Source: Demequina sp.
GTDB taxonomy: Bacteria > Actinomycetota > Actinomycetes > Actinomycetales > Demequinaceae
Assembly: GCF_016278775.1 (NCBI RefSeq)
Contig: NZ_JADQBF010000028.1
Coordinates: forward strand, 13,579-77,578
DNA length: 64,000 nucleotides
Direction of reading: 5' to 3'
Shown in pieces: positions 37,459 to 46,026 of this stretch; positions within the stretch are counted from its first letter, which is position 1; each line of letters begins with the position of its first letter. Below the pieces are notes generated by a model, which saw only the letters and a list, made by a program, of their open reading frames with translations, was not told the DNA's origin and ran no database searches. A program made the position numbers and the translations under genes.

Positions 37459-38496
37459 TTACGCAGCCGCGCGGACGCGCAGCGCCCTGGCAGCAGCGTC
37501 CACGTCGCTCGCATCGTTGTAGACGTAGAACGACAGTCGAGCGCGACCGCTGCGCGCGGAGGCGCGCACACGAGCGTCGGCCAGTTGGCGTGCATCAACA
37601 CCACCAACGGCCACGATGGTGCTGTCGCTTGGCGGCATGCCCACCGCGTCACGGAACTGGTTGGCCAGGCCCACGCTGTAGTCCCGCACGTCGGATCGGC
37701 GTAGCCCGGCGAGTAGCTCAAGCGCCACCGCCCCTGCCTCGACCAGTTGCCATGGCGGGGAGGTGTCGAAGCGTCGTGCCGTGGCGCTGAGGTGCATTGG
37801 CGGTCCGTAGAGGTTGTTCCAAGGCTCGTCGGTGCCGTACCAGCTGGCGTTAACTGGGCGCAGCCACGTGGCGCGTGGGTGCACCGTGGTGAGGGCGATG
37901 CCACGCGGGGCCGTCAGCCACTTGTACGCGGCGGAGACCACCACGTCGAAGTCGCGGGACCGCATCGGCAGCCACCCCGCCGCATGGCTCGCATCGATCA
38001 ACGTCTTGGCGCCGACTGCCCGTGCGGCTTTGGCGAGTGCGTCCAGATCCATCACGCGCCCGTCGGACGATTGCACGGCGCTGACCGCGACCAGGTCTAC
38101 GCCAGGGCGCACCGCGTCCAAGAGGCCCTCGAGGGGCACCAGCGTCACGTCAAGCCTGCCGTCAGCCATGAAAGGAAACAACACCGACGCGAAGTCGCCC
38201 TCTGCCGCGAGCACCCGCGAGCCCGGGGGAAGCGACGCGGCCACCATCCCCACCACCTGGGACACCGATCCGGCCAACGCGACGTCGGTGGCCTCGCCGC
38301 CGACGATCCGCGCGTACGCAGCGCGCATCCGGTCGACCGGCCCGTCGAGTGCGGCCGGATCGACCCGGCCAGCTGCCCAGTCGCCCACTGCCGCGTGGAG
38401 GGCCACGGCGGTCGCTCGCGCAGGCAGGCCGACACTCGCGGTGTCCAGGTACCCGGGCACGCGGTCGAACGCATTCGCGACGGCGACATTCATCAT
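37459..38496 (-). CDS. Class V aminotransferase / PLP-dependent enzyme
   Basis: YLDTASVG, EGDFASVLFP, IDASHAAGW, SAAYKWL.APRG. Confidence 0.88.
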   Translation of the reverse strand: MMNVAVANAFDRVPGYLDTASVGLPARATAVALHAAVGDWAAGRVDPAALDGPVDRMRAAYARIVGGEATDVALAGSVSQVVGMVAASLPPGSRVLAAEGDFASVLFPFMADGRLDVTLVPLEGLLDAVRPGVDLVAVSAVQSSDGRVMDLDALAKAARAVGAKTLIDASHAAGWLPMRSRDFDVVVSAAYKWLTAPRGIALTTVHPRATWLRPVNASWYGTDEPWNNLYGPPMHLSATARRFDTSPPWQLVEAGAVALELLAGLRRSDVRDYSVGLANQFRDAVGMPPSDSTIVAVGGVDARQLADARVRASARSGRARLSFYVYNDASDVDAAARALRVRAAA

Positions 38497-38510
38497 GATT
38501 CCCAGCATTG

Positions 38511-38523
38511 TCCGGTATCCGGA
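38511..38523. promoter_or_regulatory. LysR-type T-N11-A dyad
   Basis: TCCGG-TAT-CCGGA between the divergent aminotransferase and lysR genes. Confidence 0.45.
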
Positions 38524-38575
38524 CTCACACAATCCACTGTTGTTGTTACCTAAACCTCAATGGGATGATGGTCTG

Positions 38576-39451
38576 GTGATCGACGTCGAACGACTCCTCA
38601 TCCTGCGTGCGGTAGCCCGGCATGGCTCCAAGGCCGCCGCCGCCCGCGCCCTCGGCGTCGCCGAGCCCACCGTCGCCCATCACCTGCGCGCACTTGAGCG
38701 CTCAGCCAACGTGCCACTGACGGTGCGCGCTGGCCGCGTCACACAACTCACCCCCGCCGGCCAAGCTTTGCTCGAGCACGCGGACGCCATCGCCGTCAGC
38801 CTCGACAATGCCGAGCGGGCGCTGCACCAGCACGCGGAACTCAGCGTCGGCCGCCTCCAGATCGCCGCGTTCACCTCGTTTGCCTCGATGGAGCTCCCGG
38901 CACCGCTCGCGCTGTTCGCCCGCACCTACCCAGGGGTCGAGATTGGGCTTGTCGAGGCAGAGACCGACGACGCTCTCGCCTTGCTGCGCGACGGCGCGGC
39001 CGACCTCGTCATCGGCTTCGCTGACACCGCCACACCCCCGCCGTCTGGCCTACCGCTCACGTGGCTCAAGCACGATGAGTACTTCACGGTGCTGCCGGAG
39101 GCCCACTCCCAAGCCCGCGGCCCTCACGCGGATATGGCCGCACTCTCCGGAGATCGCTGGATCTCCGGGTGCAACCGTTGCCAGAACCACCTCAACGCGC
39201 AGGCCGCCGAAGCGGGGTTCACGCCAGAGATCGCATTTGTGACAGAGGACTACGTCACCGCCCAGCACCTGGTGGCCAACTACTTGGGCGTCGCGCTGTT
39301 GCCGCGCATGGCGATCGACGCAAGCCCGCCAGTGCCAGGCATCGTCACCCTGCCAAGCAATCCCCCGACCTACCGGGAGATCTTCGTCACCGCAGGGCAT
39401 GATCCCGCACCCGCTGCGCTCGCGTTCGCGGCAATGCTCACCGGCGCATAG
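38576..39451 (+). CDS. LysR family transcriptional regulator
   Basis: RLLILRAVARHGSKAAAARALGVAEPTVAHHLRALE, LTPAG. Confidence 0.93.
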   Translation: MIDVERLLILRAVARHGSKAAAARALGVAEPTVAHHLRALERSANVPLTVRAGRVTQLTPAGQALLEHADAIAVSLDNAERALHQHAELSVGRLQIAAFTSFASMELPAPLALFARTYPGVEIGLVEAETDDALALLRDGAADLVIGFADTATPPPSGLPLTWLKHDEYFTVLPEAHSQARGPHADMAALSGDRWISGCNRCQNHLNAQAAEAGFTPEIAFVTEDYVTAQHLVANYLGVALLPRMAIDASPPVPGIVTLPSNPPTYREIFVTAGHDPAPAALAFAAMLTGA

Positions 39452-39457
39452 CGAACG

Positions 39458-40555
39458 CTAGCGGGTGGCGGGTTCCTTGTCGGGAACCCCGACGGCCATG
39501 GTGAGCAGTCGCTCCGGCACAAACGGTGACGTCATGGCACGCAGCAGCGCAGAGTAGTCGGGGGTGAATCGCAGTTCCGAGCCGGCCGCGAGACGTCCGG
39601 GCGTCTCCAGCACGAGGTGATCGCTGCTGGACGCGAGGATCGACATGCCCACCGGCGGGGTGAGTCCGTCAGGGTCGACGTCCTGGCGACCAAGCGCCAC
39701 GATGGTCTGGACAATGGTGCCGCGACTGCGCGCCGCATCGGGCTTGCCAAAGGCGGCCTGACCGCGCAGGCCCCACGGAGCCGTCGGCTTGACGAGCGAC
39801 TCGATGACCGGTGCAACCACCGTGAAGGCGTCTTGACGCAGGCCGGGAACGGGCTTGCGCGTGAGCGGATCGAGGCCCAGCAGGATCGACTCGCCCAGCC
39901 GCAAATCGTTGATGGCGCCCACGCGGTCCTTGCCCAGAGCCCAGGCCAGGTTGGCGGAGTTTCCCCCGCTCACCAGCGGTGTGGGCACACCAAACTTGGA
40001 GCCGATCGTGGTGGCGAGAGCGGAGAGCTCCTGCATCTGGTCGTCGCCGGGGACCACGCCACTGCGGCACGCCAGGTTGGTGCCGATGCCGGCGAGCACC
40101 ACGTGCCTGGTGCGGGAGATGACGCGGGCGGCGTCCAACACGTCGGCCACCATGATGCCCTCGCGCAGATCCCCCAGTTCCACCATCAAGATGATGCCGT
40201 GGATGAGGGCCCGCTTCCCGGCCGCTACTGACAGTGCCGTGACGATCCCGAGGTCGCTCACCATGCTCGCCTGAGAGCACGCGACCGCGCGGTCGGCCCA
40301 CTCTGGGGCAGGTGCACGAAGCAAGGTCATGGGAACTCGAATGCCCGCGTCGCGCATGGCCTCGAGGTTCTCGATGCGGGAGTCGGCGAGGCGCTTGACG
40401 CCGCCGCGCATCATGGCGTGCGCGACCTCTGGCGAGCCGAGAGTCGCCTTGGTCACGCCAGTGACGCCGATGTTGCGCCGCTTGAGGGCCTTCACCAGTT
40501 CGTGAGCATTGTGCTCCACGGCGGTGAGGTCGATCTCGATGCGGGGCGAGATCAT
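39458..40555 (-). CDS. PLP-dependent alanine/ornithine racemase family protein
   Basis: RIEIDL.AVEHN, VTGVTKA (PLP Lys), ADSRIEN, MVELGDLREG, VSGGNSA, DLRLGESILLG, SSDHL. Confidence 0.88.
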   Translation of the reverse strand: MISPRIEIDLTAVEHNAHELVKALKRRNIGVTGVTKATLGSPEVAHAMMRGGVKRLADSRIENLEAMRDAGIRVPMTLLRAPAPEWADRAVACSQASMVSDLGIVTALSVAAGKRALIHGIILMVELGDLREGIMVADVLDAARVISRTRHVVLAGIGTNLACRSGVVPGDDQMQELSALATTIGSKFGVPTPLVSGGNSANLAWALGKDRVGAINDLRLGESILLGLDPLTRKPVPGLRQDAFTVVAPVIESLVKPTAPWGLRGQAAFGKPDAARSRGTIVQTIVALGRQDVDPDGLTPPVGMSILASSSDHLVLETPGRLAAGSELRFTPDYSALLRAMTSPFVPERLLTMAVGVPDKEPATR

Positions 40556-41727
40556 CTGATCTCCGTCGGTTGCGCGAGCGGCGCCAATAGCAACGGGAAC
40601 GCGTCTGTCACCATCACCACGAGTTCCTGGGGGTCGCGCCACAGCGCGTCAGTGGCGGGGATGCCCAACTCGGCCTCGTACAGGATCGCTGCAGCGTCCA
40701 CCTCGGCGGGCGTCATGCCCTCGTGATTGATAGTCAGACCAATCACTGTGGTCTTGCCGAACGCCTCGATGAGGGCAACCTCTGTGGCGGCCAACGGCAT
40801 CGGCACATCGGGATAGTCGGACAACATGGTGCGCGCGGGCGCGTGCTGCATGATGACCGCCTGGGGGCGCGAGGCCCGCAGCACCACGGTGGAGCTGAGG
40901 TAGGCGGGGTGGCTGAGCGCGCCCTGGCCCTCGATCACGATGACGTCGGGGTGCTCGCCCTCCCACGCCGCCACCACGGCGCCCTCAAGTTCGCCCACGC
41001 CAAACTGTGCGGGAATCGCATCGAGCGCCACGCCGTACTTGGCTCCTTGCATGAGTCCCGTCTGACCGGTGCCCACCATGACCGTATGAATGCCCGCATC
41101 GTTGAGCGCCTTGGTGAGCAACGTCGACGTGGTGCGTTTGCCGATAGCGCCGTCGGTGCCCAGCACCGCGATGCGCACGCAGTCCACCGTGTCGATCGCG
41201 CCGTCGAACATGCGCAAGTCCTTGGTCGCGTGCGGCCTGCGGACGTCGTGAAGCACCACGTCGGAGATGGCGGCGGCGGTCGCGATCTCGAGGTCGTCGT
41301 TGAGGAACTCGTGCAGGCCAGACACGATGTCGAGTCCGGCGGTCACCGCCTCGAGCACCGCCTCGCGGTCCCCAGCGGACATCAAGCCACTCAGCGGGGC
41401 CAAACCAAAGATGAGCGCGTTGGGAAGCGGCGCGGGCACGCTGGCGACAGTCGCACCGTCGGCGACCGCCGCGAGAGCGTCCGTGAGCGTGGCGACCACG
41501 GGGATTCCCGCGTGCTCGCCGCCCAAGGCAACCCCAGCGTCGTGCCCCGCATGGGTGGAGTCGATCACGGCGACAATGCGGTAGCGCTCGCTCGACCGCA
41601 CCAGACCGTTAGCGGTCTTGCCGTCGATCTTGGTGAAGTTCCCCTCGCAGTAGATGACCGCCGTGGGGCGCGCCGCGGGACGCGCGGGCGTGGGGAGGTC
41701 AGGGACAGGGGTGATGAACGGACGCAT
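40552..41727 (-). CDS. DUF1611 family P-loop protein (DgcN-like)
   Basis: KTANGLVR, IVSGLHEFL, LGTDGAIGKRTT, GTGQTG, IEGQGALSHP; ATGA overlap with the racemase gene. Confidence 0.9.
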   Translation of the reverse strand: MRPFITPVPDLPTPARPAARPTAVIYCEGNFTKIDGKTANGLVRSSERYRIVAVIDSTHAGHDAGVALGGEHAGIPVVATLTDALAAVADGATVASVPAPLPNALIFGLAPLSGLMSAGDREAVLEAVTAGLDIVSGLHEFLNDDLEIATAAAISDVVLHDVRRPHATKDLRMFDGAIDTVDCVRIAVLGTDGAIGKRTTSTLLTKALNDAGIHTVMVGTGQTGLMQGAKYGVALDAIPAQFGVGELEGAVVAAWEGEHPDVIVIEGQGALSHPAYLSSTVVLRASRPQAVIMQHAPARTMLSDYPDVPMPLAATEVALIEAFGKTTVIGLTINHEGMTPAEVDAAAILYEAELGIPATDALWRDPQELVVMVTDAFPLLLAPLAQPTEIR

Positions 41728-41740
41728 GCGGCAAAGCCTC

Positions 41741-41823
41741 GAGTCTGACTCAGGGGAGGCGCCGGGATCGTTCCGGCCAGGAGGCCGGTGTCAACGAGAG
41801 GTCCCCACTAAGAAGTGGTGGAC
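41741..41823 (-). ncRNA. Candidate structured 5' leader of the DUF1611-racemase operon
   Basis: Three consecutive hairpins in the ~95 nt upstream of ATG 41727 (see findings). Confidence 0.4.
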
Positions 41824-41929
41824 TCCTAGTGTACGCGGTGGGTGCAAACGGAACGGCTGGCCTCAAGGCACCCACGCCGGGTGGTTGTCATGTGCGGAAG
41901 CACAGGCGCGCGCGGTGCGTTGACCGTGC

Positions 41930-42415
41930 ATGACCGACACCCCCGCCACCCGCGCGCTTGCCGCCTCAGGAATCGACCACCTCGTGACGGCGCACGGACC
42001 CGTGCGTTCTCTCGATGAGGCGGCGGCCGCCCGCGGACTTGAGCCTTGGCAGATTCTCAAGACCCTGGTGGTGCGACGCGCCGACGACGACTTCTTGCTG
42101 GTGCTCGTGCCAGGCGACAGGCAGATCAGCTGGCCCAAGCTGCGGGAGCTGCTGGGCGTGAGCCGCCTGTCGATGCCTGACAAGGAGGTGGCCCGCGACG
42201 TCACCGGCTACGAGCGCGGCACCATCACCCCGCTCGGAGCACTGCCGTCACCCGCTGGCGAGCCGTGGCCCGTCATCGCCGACGCCCTGGTCGTCTCCCG
42301 CGAAGGCCCCGTCTCGATCGGCGCAGGGGCGCACGGCCTCGCGGCCAGCGTGGACCCGACGCAGCTGGTCGAGGTGCTCGCGGCGCGCGTGGCCGACGTC
42401 ACGGAACCGGCCTAG
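41930..42415 (+). CDS. YbaK/EbsC aminoacyl-tRNA deacylase
   Basis: QILKTLV, LVPGDRQISWPKL, TGYERGTITPLG, SIGAG.HG. Confidence 0.92.
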   Translation: MTDTPATRALAASGIDHLVTAHGPVRSLDEAAAARGLEPWQILKTLVVRRADDDFLLVLVPGDRQISWPKLRELLGVSRLSMPDKEVARDVTGYERGTITPLGALPSPAGEPWPVIADALVVSREGPVSIGAGAHGLAASVDPTQLVEVLAARVADVTEPA

Positions 42416-42417
42416 CG

Positions 42418-42969
42418 TCAACGTGTCACCGCATGGAAACGCTCGATCATGCCGCGGCCCAGCCGTTCGGTCTCCACGATGTCCAACTCCAACTCGCGCG
42501 CAGCAAGCGACGGCCTCCGCGTGAAGTGCTCGCCAAACATGGGCCGCGTGGCGCTTTCTGCCACGCGTTGCAGGATGCGCAGCGGCGTGGAGGTCGAGGC
42601 GATGTGGTCGGCCATCAGCAGTGCGCCTCCCGGGCGCAGCACGCGCAACGCCTCCAGCAGAGCGCCGCGCACCTGGGGCACTCCGCACAGGGAGAAGGAG
42701 AAGACGACGGTGTCGAACGACGCATCGGCCGCCTCCAGCGCCATGGCATCACCCTCGATCACCGTGGCGCGTCGACCAGACCTCGCGACCGTGCGCTTTG
42801 CCTGCGCCACGGCGCGCGGGTTGTGATCGAGCCCGGTCAACTCCAAACCGGTCCGGTACAGCGGCAACGAGGGCCAGCTGCCCACACCGATCTCGAGGGT
42901 GTCCCCGCGCGCACGCTCCACGAGCCAGCGTCGGCTCTCCACCATCACTTGGGTCCGAGAACTCACCAT
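42418..42969 (-). CDS. Class I SAM-dependent methyltransferase
   Basis: TLEIGVG motif I, GDAMAL..DASFDTVV, ALRVLRPGG. Confidence 0.88.
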   Translation of the reverse strand: MVSSRTQVMVESRRWLVERARGDTLEIGVGSWPSLPLYRTGLELTGLDHNPRAVAQAKRTVARSGRRATVIEGDAMALEAADASFDTVVFSFSLCGVPQVRGALLEALRVLRPGGALLMADHIASTSTPLRILQRVAESATRPMFGEHFTRRPSLAARELELDIVETERLGRGMIERFHAVTR

Positions 42970-42978
42970 GGGACGATC

Positions 42979-43476
42979 CTAGGGATGCGTCACCGGCGCA
43001 CCCTCGCGGGCCAACACGGAACGCTTCACGTCCACGCCCCACGCGAAGCCCGTGAGCGCGCCCGATGCCCCCACCACGCGGTGGCACGGCACAAAAAGTG
43101 CGACGGCGTTGCGTCCGCATGCGGCGCCCACCGCCCGGCTCGCCCCTGGGCTGCCGAGCGCGGCGGCCAACTCCCCGTAGCGGCGCACCTCGCCCACCGG
43201 AATCTGGCGCAGCGCCTCCCACACCGCCGCCTGGAACGCGGTGCCTCGCTGTGCGACAGGGACGCTCCCGGGCGCCGAGACGTCTCCCGCATAGAAGGCG
43301 CGTACGGCGGCCGATGCGGTGCACTCACCCTTGCCAACGTCGTCAGGGGTGATGCCCGCGCGGGCCGCCACCGCCGGGACATCGTCCGACCACGCCGACG
43401 CCACGACGTCGCCGTCTGGGTTCTCGATGAGGGTGAAGGGGCCGTCGGGGGTGTCGAGTGTTTGGTACGTGTTCAT
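42979..43476 (-). CDS. ogt: Methylated-DNA-protein-cysteine methyltransferase
   Basis: GTAFQAAVWEALRQIP.GE..YG, RAVGAAC..N, active site VPCHRV. Confidence 0.95.
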   Translation of the reverse strand: MNTYQTLDTPDGPFTLIENPDGDVVASAWSDDVPAVAARAGITPDDVGKGECTASAAVRAFYAGDVSAPGSVPVAQRGTAFQAAVWEALRQIPVGEVRRYGELAAALGSPGASRAVGAACGRNAVALFVPCHRVVGASGALTGFAWGVDVKRSVLAREGAPVTHP

Positions 43477-44999
43477 GAGGTGCCTCCAAGGGTCGAGGTG
43501 CGGCGGGGTGCAGAGGGGGAAGGTACGGCCGCCCTCCACAGGTGCATCATCAGGTAGCTGCGCCATGGGGCGAGCGCGGCGGCCGCGGACTCGAGCCCGC
43601 GAACTTCGTGCGGCAGGCCGAGCGCCTTGGCACCCGCCCGCGCGGCCGAGTCCCCCGTGAGCAACACGTCAGGGCTGCCCAGCACCCGCAGGGACACATA
43701 GTGGGACGTCCATGGTCCGATGCCGGGCAGGGCTTCGAGTCCAGCCGTGAAGTCTTCGCGGGTGGCGCCGATGTCGAGCGACACCTCGCCACTGGCCATC
43801 GCCTCGCACGCACGCACCACTGCGGAGCGGCGCGCGGCCGGACCGCCCACCACCTCGAGCGCATGCTCGGCGAGCACCTCTGGCCGAGGGAACATCCGGG
43901 TGACGGCGCCGCCAGCGAGCGCGGGGGGAAGCGGCTCGCCCAAGGCGTCGGCGACGCGCTGAACGGCCGTGCGGGCGGCCGCCACCGAGACTTGTTGGCC
44001 GAGGATGGCGCGCACCACCATCTCGGCCGGTTCGAGCGCGCCGGGAATGCGGATCCCTGGCCGCGCCGCCACCGCGGGCGCCACGAGCGGGTGCGCCGCG
44101 AGCGCGGCGTCGATCGCCTCAGGGTCCGCGTCCAGGTCCACGAGCCTGCGCGCGCGGGTGAGCAGGGACGGCAGGTCGGCCAGGTGTTCCACGCGCGCTG
44201 TGACCCGCACGGCCCCTGGCTCTGGGGCGATCGTCACGACGGCGGCTCCGCTGGCCAGTCGCACTGACCGGGTGTACGCCCCGCCAGCCGCTGACTCCGC
44301 CCCGGCAAGCGCGCGCGTCGAGAGCCAATCGACAACGCCAGCGCCGTCGAACGGTTCGCGCGCCGCGAGTCTTACGGTCACCGCGCCGGGGCCGGCCTGA
44401 GCGCCCTGATCGACGCCAGCCTCCGCACGCCGGGCCCGCTCGCGCAAGGCGGTGGGCGTCATGCCGAACACCTCGCCGATGGTGTCGTTGAACTGGCGGA
44501 TGGAGGAGAAGCCAGCCGCAAACGCCACGTCGCTCGCGGGCATCGGCGTGGACACCAGCAAGTGCCTGGCGTTGTGTGCGCGCTGGGCGCGGGCCAGCGC
44601 AATGGGCCCGGCCCCCAACTCGTCTGTGAGCAGCCTGCCCAGTTGGCGCGGCGAGTAGCCGAGCCGTGCCGCGAGCGCCGGGACGCCGTCGCGGTCCACC
44701 ACGCCGTCGGCGATGAGGCGCATGGCCCTGGCAGAGGTGTCCTCCCTCACGTTCCACTCGGGGCTGCCGGGGACGGCCTCCGGAAGGCATCGCTTGCACG
44801 CCCGGTAGCCGGACACGTGCGCGGCGGCCGACGTGCGGAAGAACTCGACGTTCTCTGGCTTGGGGGTGCGGGCTGGGCAGCTGGGGCGGCAGTAGATTCC
44901 GGTGGTCCGCACGGCCATGACGAACTGCCCGTCAAAGCGTCGGTCGCGCCCGGACGACGCCCGGTAGCAGGAGTCGGCGTCGAGAGTGGTCGCGGTCAT
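43473..44999 (-). CDS. alkA: Ada Zn-finger/AraC - AlkA DNA-3-methyladenine glycosylase fusion
   Basis: TTGIYCRPSCP..GYRACKRC Ada domain, AraC HTH, ILGQQVS, LPGIGPWT, WRSY. Confidence 0.93.
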   Translation of the reverse strand: MTATTLDADSCYRASSGRDRRFDGQFVMAVRTTGIYCRPSCPARTPKPENVEFFRTSAAAHVSGYRACKRCLPEAVPGSPEWNVREDTSARAMRLIADGVVDRDGVPALAARLGYSPRQLGRLLTDELGAGPIALARAQRAHNARHLLVSTPMPASDVAFAAGFSSIRQFNDTIGEVFGMTPTALRERARRAEAGVDQGAQAGPGAVTVRLAAREPFDGAGVVDWLSTRALAGAESAAGGAYTRSVRLASGAAVVTIAPEPGAVRVTARVEHLADLPSLLTRARRLVDLDADPEAIDAALAAHPLVAPAVAARPGIRIPGALEPAEMVVRAILGQQVSVAAARTAVQRVADALGEPLPPALAGGAVTRMFPRPEVLAEHALEVVGGPAARRSAVVRACEAMASGEVSLDIGATREDFTAGLEALPGIGPWTSHYVSLRVLGSPDVLLTGDSAARAGAKALGLPHEVRGLESAAAALAPWRSYLMMHLWRAAVPSPSAPRRTSTLGGTS

Positions 45000-45069
45000 G
45001 GGTCAAGACTGCCTGGCTTCACGCCCGCGCGCTAGCGGTTTTCGGACATCGCGGTGGGAGGCTGCGGAA

Positions 45070-45120
45070 GAGAAATAGGGAACGACCCGGTCGAGGGGGG
45101 GTTGACCGGGCCGTTCCCCT
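45070..45120 (-). ncRNA. Long hairpin with C-rich loop and U-rich tail; candidate 6C-like sRNA 3' end or orphan terminator
   Basis: Minus strand GGGAACGGCCCGGUC-AACCCCCCCUC-GACCGGGUCGUUCCC-UAUUUCUCUU; a G-U pair forms only on this strand. Confidence 0.4.
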
Positions 45121-45257
45121 CCAATTACACACCATCGGCGTCGCGATTGGCTACCAATGGGCGAAAAAGCTGCCCCCAATGTGGGGGGCATCACAGCGCA
45201 ACGCCGGTGTTCATCGTCCATCGCACACGCTGCGCTCCAGCCTGCCACACTGGGGGC

Positions 45258-45989
45258 ATGACTCACGATTCTGCGTCGTCCCTGCTAGCACTCCACACCG
45301 GCGGCCCCGTGTTGACACTCGTCAACGTGTGGGACGCGGAGTCGACCCGATTGGTCGAGAGCGCGGGTGCCGCGGCACATGCCACGGCTAGCTTCTCTGT
45401 GGCCGAATCGCGCGGCTTCACAGACGGCGAGAACATGCCCGTCGATGTGGCGATCGCTGCCGTGGCGGAGGTCTGCGGCGCGACGTCGCTGCCGGTGACC
45501 GCCGACCTTGAGGCGGGCTACGGCGACGCTCGCGCCACCGTGCGACGCGCGGTCGCTGCTGGCGCGGTGGGCGCGAACATCGAGGACCGCATGGACCCCC
45601 TTGAGGAGTCGGTGGCTCGGATGGAAGGCGCGTTGCAGGGCGCGGCCGACGAGGGGGTCGACCTGGTGCTCAACGCCCGCACCGATGCGTTCATCGTGAG
45701 CGACCTTGACCGCGCGGACAGGGTCGCGCAGGCGATCATCAGGGGTCATGCCTACCTCGCCGCTGGCGCCACCTGCGTGTTTGTCCCGCTGGCGCCGCAA
45801 GAGGTGATCCCGTTACTGGTGAGCGAACTGGGCGAGGGCAAGGTCAGCATCTTGGGGCACCCGGACGGCCCCCACCCCCAGGAGTGGCAGAAGCGCGGGA
45901 TCCATCGCGTCAGCTTTGGGCCGTTGCTGTGGCGCACGGCCCCTGAAGAGCGGGCCGATCTCGCGGCGCGGCTGCTCGCGACTCCGTAG
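45258..45989 (+). CDS. Isocitrate lyase/PEP mutase family protein
   Basis: NVWDAES, ATASFSVA..GFTDGE, LPVTADLEAGYG, GANIED, VLNARTD. Confidence 0.9.
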   Translation: MTHDSASSLLALHTGGPVLTLVNVWDAESTRLVESAGAAAHATASFSVAESRGFTDGENMPVDVAIAAVAEVCGATSLPVTADLEAGYGDARATVRRAVAAGAVGANIEDRMDPLEESVARMEGALQGAADEGVDLVLNARTDAFIVSDLDRADRVAQAIIRGHAYLAAGATCVFVPLAPQEVIPLLVSELGEGKVSILGHPDGPHPQEWQKRGIHRVSFGPLLWRTAPEERADLAARLLATP

Positions 45990-46026
45990 CGTCGGGGGCT
46001 CTGCGACTACTGGACCCCGACGGCTC

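Noticed and set aside
41728-41760. GCAAAGCCTCGAGTCTGA resembling part of a c-di-GMP-I riboswitch
   Set aside because: Wrong strand for the adjacent operon, and the upstream GGGCAAAC/GAAA P2 element is absent.
45030-45052. CTAGCGGTTTTCGGACATCG upstream of ada/alkA as an Ada box
   Set aside because: Plausible, but I cannot verify a consensus without an alignment.
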